A stretch of DNA of 62,674 nucleotides, filler included, from Chiloscyllium plagiosum (GCF_004010195.1; 4 parts of 2 records of this genome joined end to end with filler, not necessarily neighbours in it); one strand, 5' to 3'. Positions 1-12,974 are shown, counted from the first letter of the whole stretch. The notes: generated by a model not told the origin, from the sequence alone. A program made the numbers and translations.

Positions 1-372
1 GGAGAGGCAGCGGCCCAGTGGGGAGTGAGGGGTTGGGGGGGGAAAGGCAGCGGCCCAGTGGGGAATGAGTGATTGGGGAGGAGAGGCAGCGGCCCAGTGG
101 GGAGTGAGGGGTTGGGGGGGGAAAGGCAGCGGCCCAGTGGGGAATGAGTGATTGGGGAGGAGAGGCAGCGGCCCAGTGGGGAGTGAGGGGTTGGGGGGGG
201 AAAGGCAGCGGCCCAGTGGGGAATGAGTGATTGGGGAGGAGAGGCAGCGGCCCAGTGGGGAGTGAGGGGTTGGGGGGGGAAAGGCAGCGGCCCAGTGGGG
301 AATGAGTGATTGGGGAGGAGAGGCAGCGGCCCAGTGGGGAGTGAGTGGTTGGGGGGAGAGGCAGCGGCCCAG
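1..372. repeat. G-rich minisatellite with a 79-bp dimeric unit (two ~40-bp subunits, core AGGCAGCGGCCCAGTGGGGA)
   Basis: GAGAGGCAGC recurs at 2, 81, 160, 239 and 318; the array runs off the window start. Confidence 0.95.
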
Positions 373-409
373 TGTGGAGTGTGGTGGAAGTGACTGGTCA
401 GACCACGTA

Positions 410-728
410 GAGGCGCCCTGCACTGATCTGCTGCTGAGAGCCCTGAGAGAGACTGTAATGTTTGTCTTTTTTAACTTTGCTTCTTGTTTATCTGACTTAT
501 TATTGCATTGTGTACAGCTATAATGTAACGTCTTTCCTTCTTTTCTCTATTCTGTAACTAAGATGGTGCCGTATATTGGTGACATTGTTACACTGTAACT
601 AATCTCATAACTGAAGAAGCTGCACCGCAGTATCTTTGTACCTAAGATGGCGCTGTAAGTGAAGAACTATAAACTTTTTACCGTACTCATTTGAATGTGA
701 TAATAAAGTTAATTCAATTCAATTCAAT
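410..728 (+). mobile_element. Unclassified non-LTR-type repeat 3' end with (TTCAA)n tail
   Basis: Ends AATAAAGTTAATTCAATTCAATTCAA, similar to the tails of Rex1 copies in this window; family not identified. Confidence 0.4.
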
Positions 729-910
729 GGCATCAACTAGACGTCAACTAGAGCAGAACTTTAAAAATTGCAATTAAAGATACTTTTACAAAAGTACAGC
801 ATTAGTTGCAATTATGTGTCACCTATGCGCCCTCAGTAAGTTTTTTCTTCCTTTCCTTCCCCATGTCTAAGTACAATTGCTCAGCTAGGGGAGGAGAAGC
901 CTGCTCTGTT

Positions 911-1650
911 ATAGAGTCATAGAGATGTACAGCTCGTAAACAGACCCTTTGGTCCAACTCGTCCAAATATCCCACCCCAACCTAGTCTCACCTGCCAACA
1001 CAGGGTCCATATCCCCCCAAACCCTTCCTAGTCATATACCCATCCACATGCCTTTTAAATGTTGCAATTGTACCACTTCCTCCACCACTTCCTCTAGCAG
1101 CCCATGCCACACATGTACCACCTTCTGCATGAAAAAGTTGCCCCTTAAGTCTCTTTTATATCTTTCCCCTCTCACCCTAAACCTATGCCTTCTAATCCTG
1201 GACTCCCCCATCCCAGGGAAAAGACCTTGTCTATTTATCCGATCCATGCTCCTCATGATTTTATAAACCTCTATAAGGTCACCACTCAGCTTCTGATGCT
1301 CCAGAGAAAACAGCCCTAGCCTATTCAACCTCTCCCTCCAGCTCAAATCCTCCAACCCTGGCAACATCCTTGTATATCTTTTCTGAACCCTTTCAAGTTT
1401 CCCAACATCTTTCCGATAGGAAGGAGACCAGAATTGCACGCAATATTCCAATGTCCTTTACAGCCGCAATGCTACTCCACTTTCAAGGAGCTATGTACCT
1501 GCACTCCAAGGTCTCTTTGTTCAGCAACACTCCCTAGGACCTTACCATTAAGTGTATAAGTCCTGCTAAGATTTGCTTTCCCAAAATGCAGCACCTTGCA
1601 TTTATCTAAATTAAACTCCATCTGCCACTCCTCAGCCTATTGGCCCATCT
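911..1650 (-). mobile_element. CR1 LINE (HER1-like) 3' fragment
   Basis: ORF 1032-1451 LEYCVQFWSP...LERVQKR...GDLIEVYKIM is the CR1 ORF2 C-terminus; CTCTATGACTCTA tail at 911 on the minus strand. Confidence 0.92.
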
Positions 1651-2430
1651 CATAGAGTCATAGTCATAGAGATGTACAGTACAGAAACAGACCCTTTGGT
1701 CTACCTTATCCATGCCGACCAGATATCCTAAGCTAATCTAGTCCCATTTTCCAGCACTTGGCCCATATCCCTCTAAACCCTTCCTATTCAAATACCCATC
1801 CAGGTGCCTTTTAAATGTTGCAATTGTACCAGCCTCCATCACTTCCTCTGGCAGTTCATTCCATACACACACTACCCTCTGCATGAAAAAGTTGCCCTTT
1901 AGGTCCCTTTTATATTTTTCCCTCTCTCACCCTAAACCTATGCCCTCTAGTTCTGGACTATCCCATCCCAGGGAAAATAACTTGTCTATTTATCCTATCC
2001 ATGCTCCTCATGATTTTATAAACCTCTATAAGATCACCCCTCAGCCTCCGACGCTGCAGGGAAAACAGCCCCTGCCTCTTCAGCCTCTCCCTATAACTCA
2101 AACCCTCCAACCTTGGCAACATCCTTATAAATCTTTTCTGAACCCTTTCAAGTTTCACAACAGCTTTCGATAGGAAGGACACCAGAATTGCACACAATAT
2201 TCCAAAAGCGCCCTAACCAATGTCCTATACAGCCGCAACATGACCTCCCAACTCCTAGACAAAATGCTCTTACCAATAAAGGAAAGCATACCAAACGCCT
2301 TCTTCACTATCCTATCTACCTGCGACCCCACTTTCAAGGAACTATGAACCTGCGTTCCAAGGTCTCTTTGTTCAGCAACACTCCCCTGGACCTTACCATT
2401 AAATGTATAAGTTCTGCTCTGATTTGCTTT
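1651..2430 (-). mobile_element. CR1 LINE 3' fragment, second tandem or nested copy
   Basis: ORFs 1958-2197 and 2155-2337 (KKAFGMLSFIG, LYRTLVRALLEYC); has its own tail at 1651. Confidence 0.92.
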
Positions 2431-2511
2431 TCTTTGTATCTTGATTGAAACAATGATAAATTAGGTGAGGTTATCTTTATTTCATTAATGCTCCTTTGAG
2501 GAATCTGTTAT

Positions 2512-2853
2512 AATCATAGGATCCCTAGTATGGAAACAGGCCACTTGGCCCAGCAAGTTCACACCTACCCTCCGCAGAATATCCCACCCAGACCCATTCC
2601 TCTACCACTCTAAATTTCCCATGACTAATGCACCTAAGCTACACATTCCCAAATACTATGGGCAATTTAGCATGGCCAGTTCACGTAACCTGCACATCTT
2701 TGTGACTATGGGAGGAAACTGGAGCACCCGGAGGAAACCCATGCAGACATGAGGACAATGTGCAAACTCCACACAGACAGTTGCCGAAGCTGGGATTGAA
2801 CCCGGGTCTCTGGCGCTGTGAGGCAGCAGTGCTAACCACTGAGCCACCGTGCT
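2512..2853 (-). mobile_element. HE1-type tRNA-derived V-SINE
   Basis: Minus strand reads GTGGCTCAGTGG (A box), GGTTCAATCCC (B box), V-domain TGTGTGGAGTTTGCAC and a CR1-like tail. Confidence 0.9.
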
Positions 2854-3279
2854 GTCTTGATTTGCTAAATGTGGATTGAGCATTAATTCTGTTGTGACAG
2901 AAAAGCTTGTCAAGACTCATCGACATGAACGTCTTGAAGAATAAATTTCCTCCTGAAGCCTACAATGACCTTGCATTTTTCAACATCAAATGGATCAAAG
3001 CAGTACATGAATTTTACAAAGCTTATATCAAGGTCTAAAGTAGTTTGAAACTAAAGGCACTGCCATCATAGAGGATGGGAATCATGTCACGGCAATCAAA
3101 TTTACAAGAAGCGTGTTGTTTTTAGGGATTCAACAGATCAGAAAAACCTAGCCAATTAACACTATCATCCTTCGTATGCTCTGAAGCGGGACAATGTCCA
3201 ATTCCCTTGGATTTTTATTCTAAGACTTACAACAGACAAAGCTTGCAGCTTTTGTCTTCCTGCATGCCAGGAGAATAAT

Positions 3280-4032
3280 AGGTAGACAAACAGGGGGCCA
3301 GAAGGACACAGCAAGCCAGGCAGCACCAGAGGTGGAAAAGTCAACACTCCACGTGCAACCCCCCCCCCCCCCCCCCCGCAGGGCTGAGGGTGGGTGCAAG
3401 GGGAGCTGAGGACAAGGGGGTTGGGGGTGAGGTTGGTGGAGGTGGGTGGGCAGAAAGGCTGAGTGGCGAGGCAGCGACAGAGCCACTCCCTGCCAGCCGA
3501 CGGGAGGAACGAACCCGGCCAGCAGACAGAAGGGAGGACCGGCCCCAGGAATGAAGGGGAGCCGGGAATGGGAAGGGAGGCTATTTGAAACTGCAGAACC
3601 CAACTTGGAGGAACAACACCTTGTCTTCTGCCTGGGCAGCCTACAGCCCGAAGCTCTCAATATTGAGTTCTCCAATTTCAAACAACCCTCCCTTCAGTCC
3701 CCCGACTCTCCCTTCAGCACCCCCCCCACCCCCACTTCCCCGACTGACTTCCTGCTCCAACCACCAAGCAGACTCCCCCCTCCCACCGACCAATCAGGCC
3801 GCACTCTTCACCTGTGTTCACCTATCACTATTCCACCACCCAAAATCTTCCCCCATCCTCCCACACCCCCTGCCATCTGCAGCTCCCCCCACACCCACCC
3901 TCAGTCCCCAAGAAGGGCCACACCCAAACCGCCAACCTCCGCACCCCATGATGCTGCCCAGGCTGCCGTGCTCCCTCCAGCCACCTGCCCATCCACTTTG
4001 CGTTCCAATATCTGCAGTTTTTTTTGTCTCTG
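3280..4032 (+). mobile_element. Penelope-like 3' fragment (GIY-YIG C-terminus plus pLTR) with an inverted pLTR arm; hypermutated
   Basis: EEQHLVFCLGSLQP at ~3607-3650; inverted arms ~3282-3604 and ~3662-3996; TSD CAGGAGAA(T/C)AAT at 3268-3279 and 4033-4044. Confidence 0.85.
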
Positions 4033-4339
4033 CAGGAGAACAATTACAGACTTTTACTAGCTCAATTCCACAAATGGCAATCAGGTGATGCCAGTCCTAC
4101 TTGACAATGGGGGTGTGGGGTGGGGTGTGCCACTAGTTACTGTGCAAATTTAAGTCAGATGCTTCATTGGCTTAGTATGGTAACCCCATGCAGTTGGCTC
4201 TGCATCACAAATTAGCTGTTCAGCCAACTTAGTGTCCCTACAAGATGTCAACCTTGTATTGTCCAACAGTGGCTCAAACATTCTCTATTTTGACAGAATA
4301 CAATAAATTCTCCTCAGAATTGGTCTCCCTTTTGCTTTG

Positions 4340-4710
4340 TTCTTTCATGAGATGTGGACCTTGATGGCAAAGCCCATCCATAAATACCCGTTATCTCAGT
4401 GACTTGCTCGGCCATTTCAGAGGCCAGTTAAGAGTCATCTACACTGCTGTGGGTCTGCAGCCACCCACAAACCAGACCAATCTCCATTCCTAAAGATCCA
4501 TAAAGATAGCCAATCTCCATTCCTAAATGATGTTAGTGAACCAGGTGTTTTTATGAGAAGCAACAATGGTTTCATGACACCGACTCTGAGATTAGTTTTA
4601 TACTTCAGAATTATTAATTGAATTTGATTCAATCAGCTTCCATGTGGGACTTGAACCCATGGAGCATGAGTCTGGGCCTGTGGATTACCAGTTCCCTGAC
4701 ATGACTATTT
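4340..4710 (-). mobile_element. tRNA-derived SINE (here called family 2), degenerate
   Basis: Reverse complement of the 46450-46790 element (GGTTCAAGTCCC B box, GGTTCACTAA, AGACCCACAGCA). Confidence 0.7.
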
Positions 4711-5114
4711 TGCTACAGCAAGAAAGGTCCACAGCTATGGTCACTTGGGTAGAACAGGTTAAGAAATATTCCGATAAGAAGAATCTTAGCATCATTTCTC
4801 AATCTGAATAAGAATGACAAAAGTTATTTTACTTTTTTTTAAAAAATCACTTTCTTTCAAGTAATTAGCACAGATCAACACAGAAGCCAGTTAGAAATAC
4901 GAACTGAAGTTAACAGTATGACAGAAATGAAACATCAGCGAAAATCATTAGTGGACAAATTAGGGACAGAAAAACGGATTCATACAAGAGTTGAGTGTGA
5001 AATGAGGCTGACATTCCAGTAAAACGCTGCAGGAGTGTTGCATTGTTGCAGCTTTCCCAGGTGGATATAAAAGATTCCACTGAACCATGTGGCAAAACAC
5101 AGCATTTAAATATG

Positions 5115-7125
5115 TACCCATTAAGCAGTGCTGATCAAGATCTCATTGTAATCTGAGTTACCCTTCTTCGCTGTCCACTACACCTCCAATTTTGGTGTAA
5201 TCTGCAAACTTACTAACTATACCTCCTATGTTCATATCCAAATCATTTGTATAAATGACAAAAAGTAGTGTACCCAGCACCGATCTTTATGGCACTCCAC
5301 TGGTCACAGGCCTCCAGTCTGAAAAAACTCCCTCCACTACTACCCTTTATCTTCTACCTTTGAGCCAGTTCTGTATCTAATTGGCTAGTTCTCTTTGTAT
5401 TCCATGAGATCTAACCTTGTTAATCAGTCTCGCATGGGGAACCTTGTTGAACGCCTTACTGAAGTCCATATAGATCATGTCCACTGCTCTACCCTCATCA
5501 ATCCTCTTTGTTACTACTTCAAAAAACTCAATCGAGTTTGTGCGACATGATTTCCCATACACAAAGCCATGTTGACTATCCTTAATCAGTCCGTGTCTTT
5601 CCAAATACATGTACACCCTGTCCCTCAGGATTCCCTATAACAAAAGGCTCACTGGTCTATAGTTGCCTGGCTTGTCCTTACCAACTTTCTTAAATAGTGG
5701 CACCACGTTAGCCAACCTCCAATCTTCTAGCACCTCTACCAATGATACAAATATCTCAGCAAGAGGCCCAGCACTTCCCGAGCTGCCCACAGACTTCTAG
5801 GGTACACCTGATCAGGTCCTGGGGATATATCCAGTTTTATGCACTTCCAGATATCCAGCACTTCCTCCTCTGTAATATGGACATTTTTCAAGATGTCACC
5901 ATCTATTTCCCTACATTCTATATCTTCTATGTCCTCCTCCACAGTAAATACTGATGCAAAATACTTGTTTAGTATCTCCCCCATCCCCTGCAGGCCCACA
6001 CAAAGGCTGCCTTGCTGATCTTTGCGGTGTCCAATTCTCTCCCTAGTTACCCTTTTGTCCTTAATGTATTTGTAAAAATCCTTTGGATTCCCTTTAACTC
6101 TATTTGCCAAAGCTATCTCATGTCCCCTTTTTGCCCTCCTGATTTCCCTCTTAAGTATACTCCTACTGCCTTTATACTCTTCTAAGGATTCACTCGATCT
6201 CTCCTGTCTATACCTGACATATGCTTCCTCTTTTTCTTAATCACAACCTCAAATTCTCTAGTCATCCAGCATTCCCTATACCTACCAGCCTTTCCTTTCA
6301 CCCAGACAGGAATACACTGTATCTGGACTCTAGTTATCTCATTCTCCAGCCATCCCTTTACCTGTGAACATCTGCTCCCAATCAGCTTTGGAGAGCTCTT
6401 GCCTGATACCGCCAAAATTATCCTTCCTCCAATTTAGAACTTCAACTTTTAGATCTGGTCTATCCTTTTCCATCACTATTTTAAAACTAATAGAATTATG
6501 GTTGCTGGCCCCAAAGTGCTCCCCCACAGACACTCAGTCACCTGCCTTGCCTTATTTCCCAAGAGTAGGTCAACTTTTCCCCTCTCTCTAGTAGGTACAT
6601 CCACATACTGAATCAGAAAAGTTTCTTGTAAACACTTAACAAATTCCTCTCCATCTAAACCCTTAACACCATGGCAGTCCCAGTCTATGTTTGGAAAGTT
6701 AAAACCCCCTCGCATAACCACCCTATTATTCTTACAGATAGCTGAGATCGCCTTACAAATTTGTTTCTCAACTTCCCATTGACTATCAGGGGGTCTATAG
6801 TACAATCCCAATAAGGTGATCATTCCTTTCTTATTTCTCAGTTCCATCCAAATAATTTCCCTGGATTTATTTCCAGGAATATCCTCCCTCAGTACAGCTG
6901 TAATGCTATCCCTTATCAAAAACACCACTCCCCCTCCTCTCTTGTCTCCCTTTCTGTCTTTCCTGTAGCATTTGTATCCTGGAACACTAAGCTGCTAGTC
7001 TTGTCAATCCCTGAGCCATGTTTCCGTAATTGCTATGATATCCCAGTCCCATGTTCCTAACCATGCCCTGAGTTCACCTGCTTTCCCTGTTAGGCCTCTT
7101 GCATTTAAGTAAATGCAATTTAATT
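5115..7125 (-). mobile_element. CR1 LINE ORF2 fragment (APE endonuclease to RT), frameshifted
   Basis: GLYYRPP, GGFNFPNIDW, SNHNSI, SQHGF...GKSC, DMIYMDFSKAF in ORFs 5377-6928. Confidence 0.93.
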
Positions 7126-7269
7126 TTTTGTTGGCCAGGAAACCTCTCAGTGGTCATTCCTGGAGCATATGGGTCTCGAGAACCCTGGTTTGCAGACAAT
7201 GTCCTGTCCAGATACAGGCTTGCCCTCCTCAGTTTGAACTTCTGCAGGAAGTAGAGTAAACATCAGACA

Positions 7270-7800
7270 TATTGGATTTGACCAGGGTATCACAGGGAAA
7301 CATTCTCAGCACAACATTGTGGACAGTGGAAGGGAAGAGACAGTGTGTTTGGTATTGGCATTCTGCTGCAGATGGCAGAAATGGCAGAGGATACTTTGGG
7401 TGTGGAAACTAGTGGGGTGGAAAGTGATGACAAAGGGAAGCCTATCATTCTGGGTGGATCAGAAAGGGGGGGAGGGAGGACAGATTTGTAGGAAATGGGT
7501 TAGACACAGCGGAGAGCCTTTTCAACTGTGGTGTAGAGGAGTCCTCAAATGAGGAAAAGGAAAACACGTTGCAGGCACCCCAATGGAATAAGATGTAATC
7601 AGAGCGGAGATGGCGAAACTGGGAGAATGAATTGGAGTGCTGACATGAAGTACAAGGTAAGGAAGTGTAATTAAATAACAGTGGGAGTCAGTGGTTAAGT
7701 AATAGATATTGGTGGACAGACTATTCCCAGAAATGGAAACAACAAAGTAAAGGAAGAGGAGGGAAGAGTCAAATATGAACTGTCCATATTGATTCATATT
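7270..7800 (-). mobile_element. Degenerate Penelope-like RT fragment
   Basis: Similar to 52600-53090 and 61800-62300 (e.g. GATATTGGTGGACAG...AGAAATGGAAAC). Confidence 0.6.
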
Positions 7801-9030
7801 TGAAAAAGGTAGTGTTACCCCAATTTTTTTATGTTTAGAGCTAATCTCTCGATTAGTGAAATGCTGCATTTGCCAGGACTACGCACAGAACTGGCAGACC
7901 ACATGTTTGAAGCTCCGGGTTCAGGTCACTTGCTCCAGACGTGTGTAGGAATATCTCTGAACAGATTGATTAGAAAATAAGATACACTAGTATGAGCAAA
8001 CTTGACATCACACAAAAGCTAATTAACGTGTAGAATGAATATCCAGATCAAACTAGTGCAACCAAAATCCCTGAAATCAAGCAAGGGAATATGTCGATTG
8101 GGGGAATGCAGGTCAAGATTGTTCAAGGTGAATCAACTAAAGATGAGCCAAGATTTTAACTCATCTGTGATTACTTTGTGATCTAATCTGAGTGTGTAGC
8201 ATTCAGTTCTTTCTACTTGGTTGTTATTTCACAACAGTAGTTTCAGCAGGTTTTCCCTGTATTGTATGTTTTGCACTGAGATACAGGAATTCATGCTCTG
8301 TTAATTCTGTTTTTCCAAACCACTAATAATAGAGATCTGCCCAGAAACTACATAGTGTGAGATGCCACTATTGAGTGACAATGTGACATTTGGGTGTGGT
8401 TTTCAAACATAGAATCTGATAGCTGGCGTGAATCTGTAATAGTCAGAATTACTTTTCTTCTTCCTCTGCTCCTACACAGGTCTGCAACCCAATCATTTCT
8501 ATTTCACTTCTTGAAGAAAACTTACATTTGTGTAGCACCCCTTGTACTTTTCCTTGATAAAGGATAGAGCAGGGTAAACCAATCTGGGTCTGAGATTGTG
8601 GAAATTAAGCCCAACGCCTTGTTTACTCAGTGTTCCTTTGCCAATGGTGATGAACTGCACCTTTCGAAGATAGCAGTCATTAACACAGGAAAGGGACTGT
8701 CAGCTGAAAATACTGACCCCTGTATTCAGTGAGCGACACCCACCACCATAAAAATACCAACAGGACTTCCCCTTCCCATCAGACCAACAAAGACGCTCCC
8801 TTCGACACTACTAATGTTATGGTGCATCATGACACCATTGCACATATGCACAGGATTGGAAGCTGGTTGGAAGCAGGCACGGTCCAATCTCCTAACGTGG
8901 TTTCCTTAGAAATTGAGGGAATGATGGTGATTCCTGGCCCCTTCACTAGGGGTGCCAACCTGAGAGGAGAGGGTTTTTTGGGAGGGGTGTGTTTTTTTTT
9001 TGTTTTTACTGATTGATGAAGATCTTCACA

Positions 9031-9162
9031 TCAGGGTGATGCAAATACAAAAAAAAAATTCAGCAACATCTTCAATTATGCTAATACCTACAAAAATGAT
9101 TCCTCAACAGAGATGGGTCACTGTGGGTTTTGCTGATTATTTTTGTATCTGCATCACCCTGA
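9031..9162. mobile_element. MITE-like element with ~33-bp terminal inverted repeats
   Basis: TCAGGGTGATGCAAATACAAAA...TCAGCAA (9031-9066) is the near reverse complement of 9130-9162. Confidence 0.65.
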
Positions 9163-9709
9163 AACATTCATTTCTATTAATGTCATAGGTACTACAAAAA
9201 TACATGAGTTATGATTGCCATTATTATTAAACAGTCACTCTGTGCAGGGTCAGTTCACCAGTGGCATCTTCCAAGTATTTGTTATTCACCATCTTTCTGT
9301 ATTATTTGAATGAGTATAGCCAATATATATTCTGACACTAGGAACACCTTCCTCTCTCTCACCCCAATGTTCTCTGGCTTTGCAACTCGCCAAACGCTCA
9401 GCGTTTGTCAAACTTTGGGCCAGCATGCTATTTCCTGCGTAATCCCCACACCCATTGCCGCTCCCTCACCCCCACAATGCCCTGCTGCTTCAGCTCGGTT
9501 TGTCCTAAGCTCCAGCATCCTTCCTTAAAACGGTCCCTCTCCTTTCATAAGAACCAATTTAAAATCTATCAAAGTGACTTAGCTTTCAGTCACTTTGCCC
9601 TTCTTTGGCTCAGTACTAGATTCTGTCTGTTTATTTCCTGTGAAGCTTCTTAGGTTACTTTTGTAAAGGGCAGTCATTGAAACCAGTCCATGGTGACTTT
9701 AATCCCAAA

Positions 9710-11220
9710 CTAAGCTAGTCCTCCCAGCCTGCGCTTAGCCCATATCCATCCAAACCTTTTTATTCATATACTTATCTAAAAGTCTTAATATTGTAACTCT
9801 ACCCACACCCAAAGCTTCATTCCACACATGAACCACTCTGTGGGGGAGAAGAGTTACCCTTCATATCTTTTTAAAATCTTTCTCCTTTCACTTTAAAAAA
9901 TATACCCCTGGTCTTGAAATCCACCAGCCGAGGGGAAAAGACACCCTACCTATGCCCCTAATGATTCTATAAACCTCTATAAAAGTCACGTCTCAACCTT
10001 CTTTGCTCCCCAGCCTATCCAGCCTCTGCTTATAACTCAAACCCTCCATTCCCAGCAACATGCTGGTAAATGTTTTCTGAACTCTCTCCAGCTTAATATC
10101 TTTCCTACAACAAAATGACCAGAATTGAACTGAGTGCTCCAGAAGAGGCCACACCAGCATCCTGTACAACCTCAACATGACTTCCCAACTCCTATACTGT
10201 ACTCAAAAAGTCTGAGCAATGAATGCAAACTGACCAAACATCATCTTAACCACCCTATCTGCATGTGACTCAAATTTCAAAGAATTACATACCTAAGCTC
10301 CTGCGTTTCGCTGTTCTGCAACACTACTCAAGGCTCTACTTTTAACTGTATAAGCCCTGCCCTTATTTTTATATCAAAATGCAATACCTCGCATTTATCC
10401 AAATTAAACTCCATGTGCCACTTGTCAGCCCATTGACCCAATTGATCAATATACCCTTATAATCTTTGATGACCTTCTTCACTGTCCACTATATCATCAA
10501 TTTTGGTTAAAAATCACAACACCAGGTTATAGTCCAACACGTTTAATTGGAAGCACACTAGCTTTCGGAGGGCCGCTCCTTCCAACCTGTTGGACTATAA
10601 CCTGGTGTTGTGCGATTTTTAACTTTGTACACCCCAGTTCAACACCGGCATCACCAAATCATCAATTTTGGTGTCATCCGCAAACTTACTAACCATGCCT
10701 TCTATGTTCTCACCTAAATCATTTATATAAATGACAAACAAAAGTGAACCCAACACCAATCCATGTCAAACACCATTCACAACAGGCCTCAGTCCAAAAA
10801 ACAATCTTCTACCACCATTCTCTATTCCCTGCCATCAAACCAATTTTGCGTTCAATTTGCAAGCTTATCATGAATCCCATGTGAGCTAATTTGACTAATT
10901 AGTTCACCATGTGCAACTTGTCAAAGGTTTTACTTAAGTTCAAGTAAACAACGTTTACTTTGTCCTCAATCTTCTTGTTTACTTCCTCAAAAAACTCAAT
11001 TTTGTGAGACACGATTTCCCTCGCACAGTACCGTGCTGACTATCCCTAATGCACATCCCTTGCCCCTCCAAATGCATATGAAACTTATCTTTCAGAATCG
11101 CCTCCTACCACTGAAGTCAGGCTCTCAGGTCTATAGTTCTTAGACTTTTCATTGCATCCCTTCTTAAAGGCACATTAGTGGCTTTCCAATCATCCGGCAC
11201 GTCACCATCTTCACTCACTG
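9710..11220 (-). mobile_element. CR1 LINE fragment interrupted by a Penelope mini-element
   Basis: ORF 9993-10178 LYRMLVWPLLEHSVQFWS; VPDDWKATNVP. Confidence 0.88.
10508..10657. mobile_element. Penelope pLTR-derived fold-back mini-element (family B)
   Basis: Inverted CAACACCAGGTTATAGTCCAAC arms; duplicated ATCATCAATTTTGGT at 10493-10507 and 10658-10672. Confidence 0.8.
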
Positions 11221-11899
11221 AATACAGGATCGATATTTTAAGCTGTCCTTTTCCCAGTAAAATGACAACTACCTTGGTAAGGTAAACTTCACTGCCATTG
11301 GCAAAGGAACAAGGAGTGAATGAGGTGTTGGACTTCATTTCTACCAAACTCTACTGGATTTACTCCAACCCGAGTTGGTTTACCTTACACAACCCTTTAG
11401 CAACCAGAAGTACAAACTTACATTTATCTAACCTCTTTCATGTTCCCAGAACATCGGAAACAAAAGACCGTTGTGCTATAGGCAAGTCTGGCTACCAATT
11501 TACAGATCTTTGGTGAAGAATAAATTTAAGTCAGGTTTCCACTACTCCCAAGTGTTGCTCTATTCTAATACTCTACTAGATTACTCTGAGCCAGTACACT
11601 GTGGTTCAAAAGTATTGGTCAGTGATTCACTATTCTGTTTGCAGACAGCTTTCCTGTTGTGTTATCAGATCAAATGTTTCATCATAACTAACACGTATAA
11701 AGGTAATATACAAATGTCAATTACAATGAAAAAAGATTGATCAGACAATACAACAGGAATGCTGCCTGCGTACACAGAACAAAGAGTTACTCTGCGTGCA
11801 GAGCTGAAATAAATTCCATCTAATGTTCATAAGCATCATTGAATAGCTGACAGCATCACACCACAAAAGTATCCAAGAGAATATGCCAATTGTTACCGC

Positions 11900-12806
11900 C
11901 CAGTTGACGGAATGGCAGCACAGGTGTACAGATTGTGAAGCCTGGCAGATCAGTTGGTCTTAATGGGGATTTTAAACAAAAGGTAAATGGTTTCTTGCAG
12001 CTGGATAAATACCCAATCCCTCACAGAGGACTTGTACACAAAGCTAGTGGTGGGCTCTCCTTCACAAAGGAGCCACGCATACATGCAATCGTGGTTAGAT
12101 AAGTATTCCCAGAAGCATGCTACAACTAATCATAAGGGTTTATACCATTATGTGAGACTGCCATTTTGTTTTAGTGGATAATGGAGAAGATTTTACAAGG
12201 TCTACCCAGGTCACCATTTATCTGGATGACTTGCTAATAACAGGGAAGTCCAATAAGGAGCACTTAGAGAATTTTTCCAAGGTAAGGGCTACAGAAGCAA
12301 CAAGGCCAGATTACATCCTTTGGAAGATAAAGTGAGGACGATCAAAGATGCACTGATTCCTACATCTGTACCATAACTGAGGTCTTTACTTGGATTGGTA
12401 AATTATTATGGAAAGTTGAAATGTAACCTGGCCTCCATCCTGGCTCCTTTATATCTGCTACTGAAATAGGGTCAGCCTTGGAAAGGGTCTCATAGCCAAG
12501 ACGTAAGGAAGTGAAACAGAATCAGAAATGCCCCAGGTGAGGCTACTAGAAAAAGGACAAGCCTACCACACTGGACTTAGGGAGGGATGCTGTGGTTGTA
12601 ATAAGGTCAGCCAAGTTAAACTCATATTATGAGTCCCCTGTTTGGGGCTGTTAACTTGATCCCGTCAGGGAGCTTTGGCTGACAGATTTAAACAGGAATG
12701 TCAGAGGTTCTGTTCACTCTGAGGAAGCCAGAAGTGTCAAGAACTATACACATGTAAATAAAGGGTAATTTGTTGACAGGCTATTAGCTTCTGTGGAGTT
12801 ATGTCA
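11900..12806 (+). mobile_element. Gypsy-type LTR retrotransposon remnant (RT plus putative 3' LTR at 12591-12806)
   Basis: GDFKQKVN..LDKYPIP, EDLYTKL, SHAYMQ, HKGLYHYVRLPF, IYLDDLLITG; purine tract AGGGAGGGA precedes a TG...CA segment containing AATAAA. Confidence 0.85.
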
Positions 12807-12974
12807 TCATTCACCTGTTTAAATAGATGTTAAAAAAATCCCTTGGCATATTTGCAAGAGACATCAGAGGAGTTATCCTTGGTGCCCCTGGAGAATATTT
12901 ATCCCCCAGTCAATATTACAAACAGGTGATCAGATTGATAAATTGTTGATTGCAGGTGCTTGTAATTTGGCTGC

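Noticed and set aside
1..372. CRISPR-like periodic repeat
   Set aside because: The 'spacers' are themselves repeated, the context is eukaryotic, and there are no cas genes.
3220..4088. Several overlapping 150-200-aa Pro/Gly-rich ORFs
   Set aside because: Stop codons are depleted by T loss in the hypermutated Penelope repeat; not a host gene.
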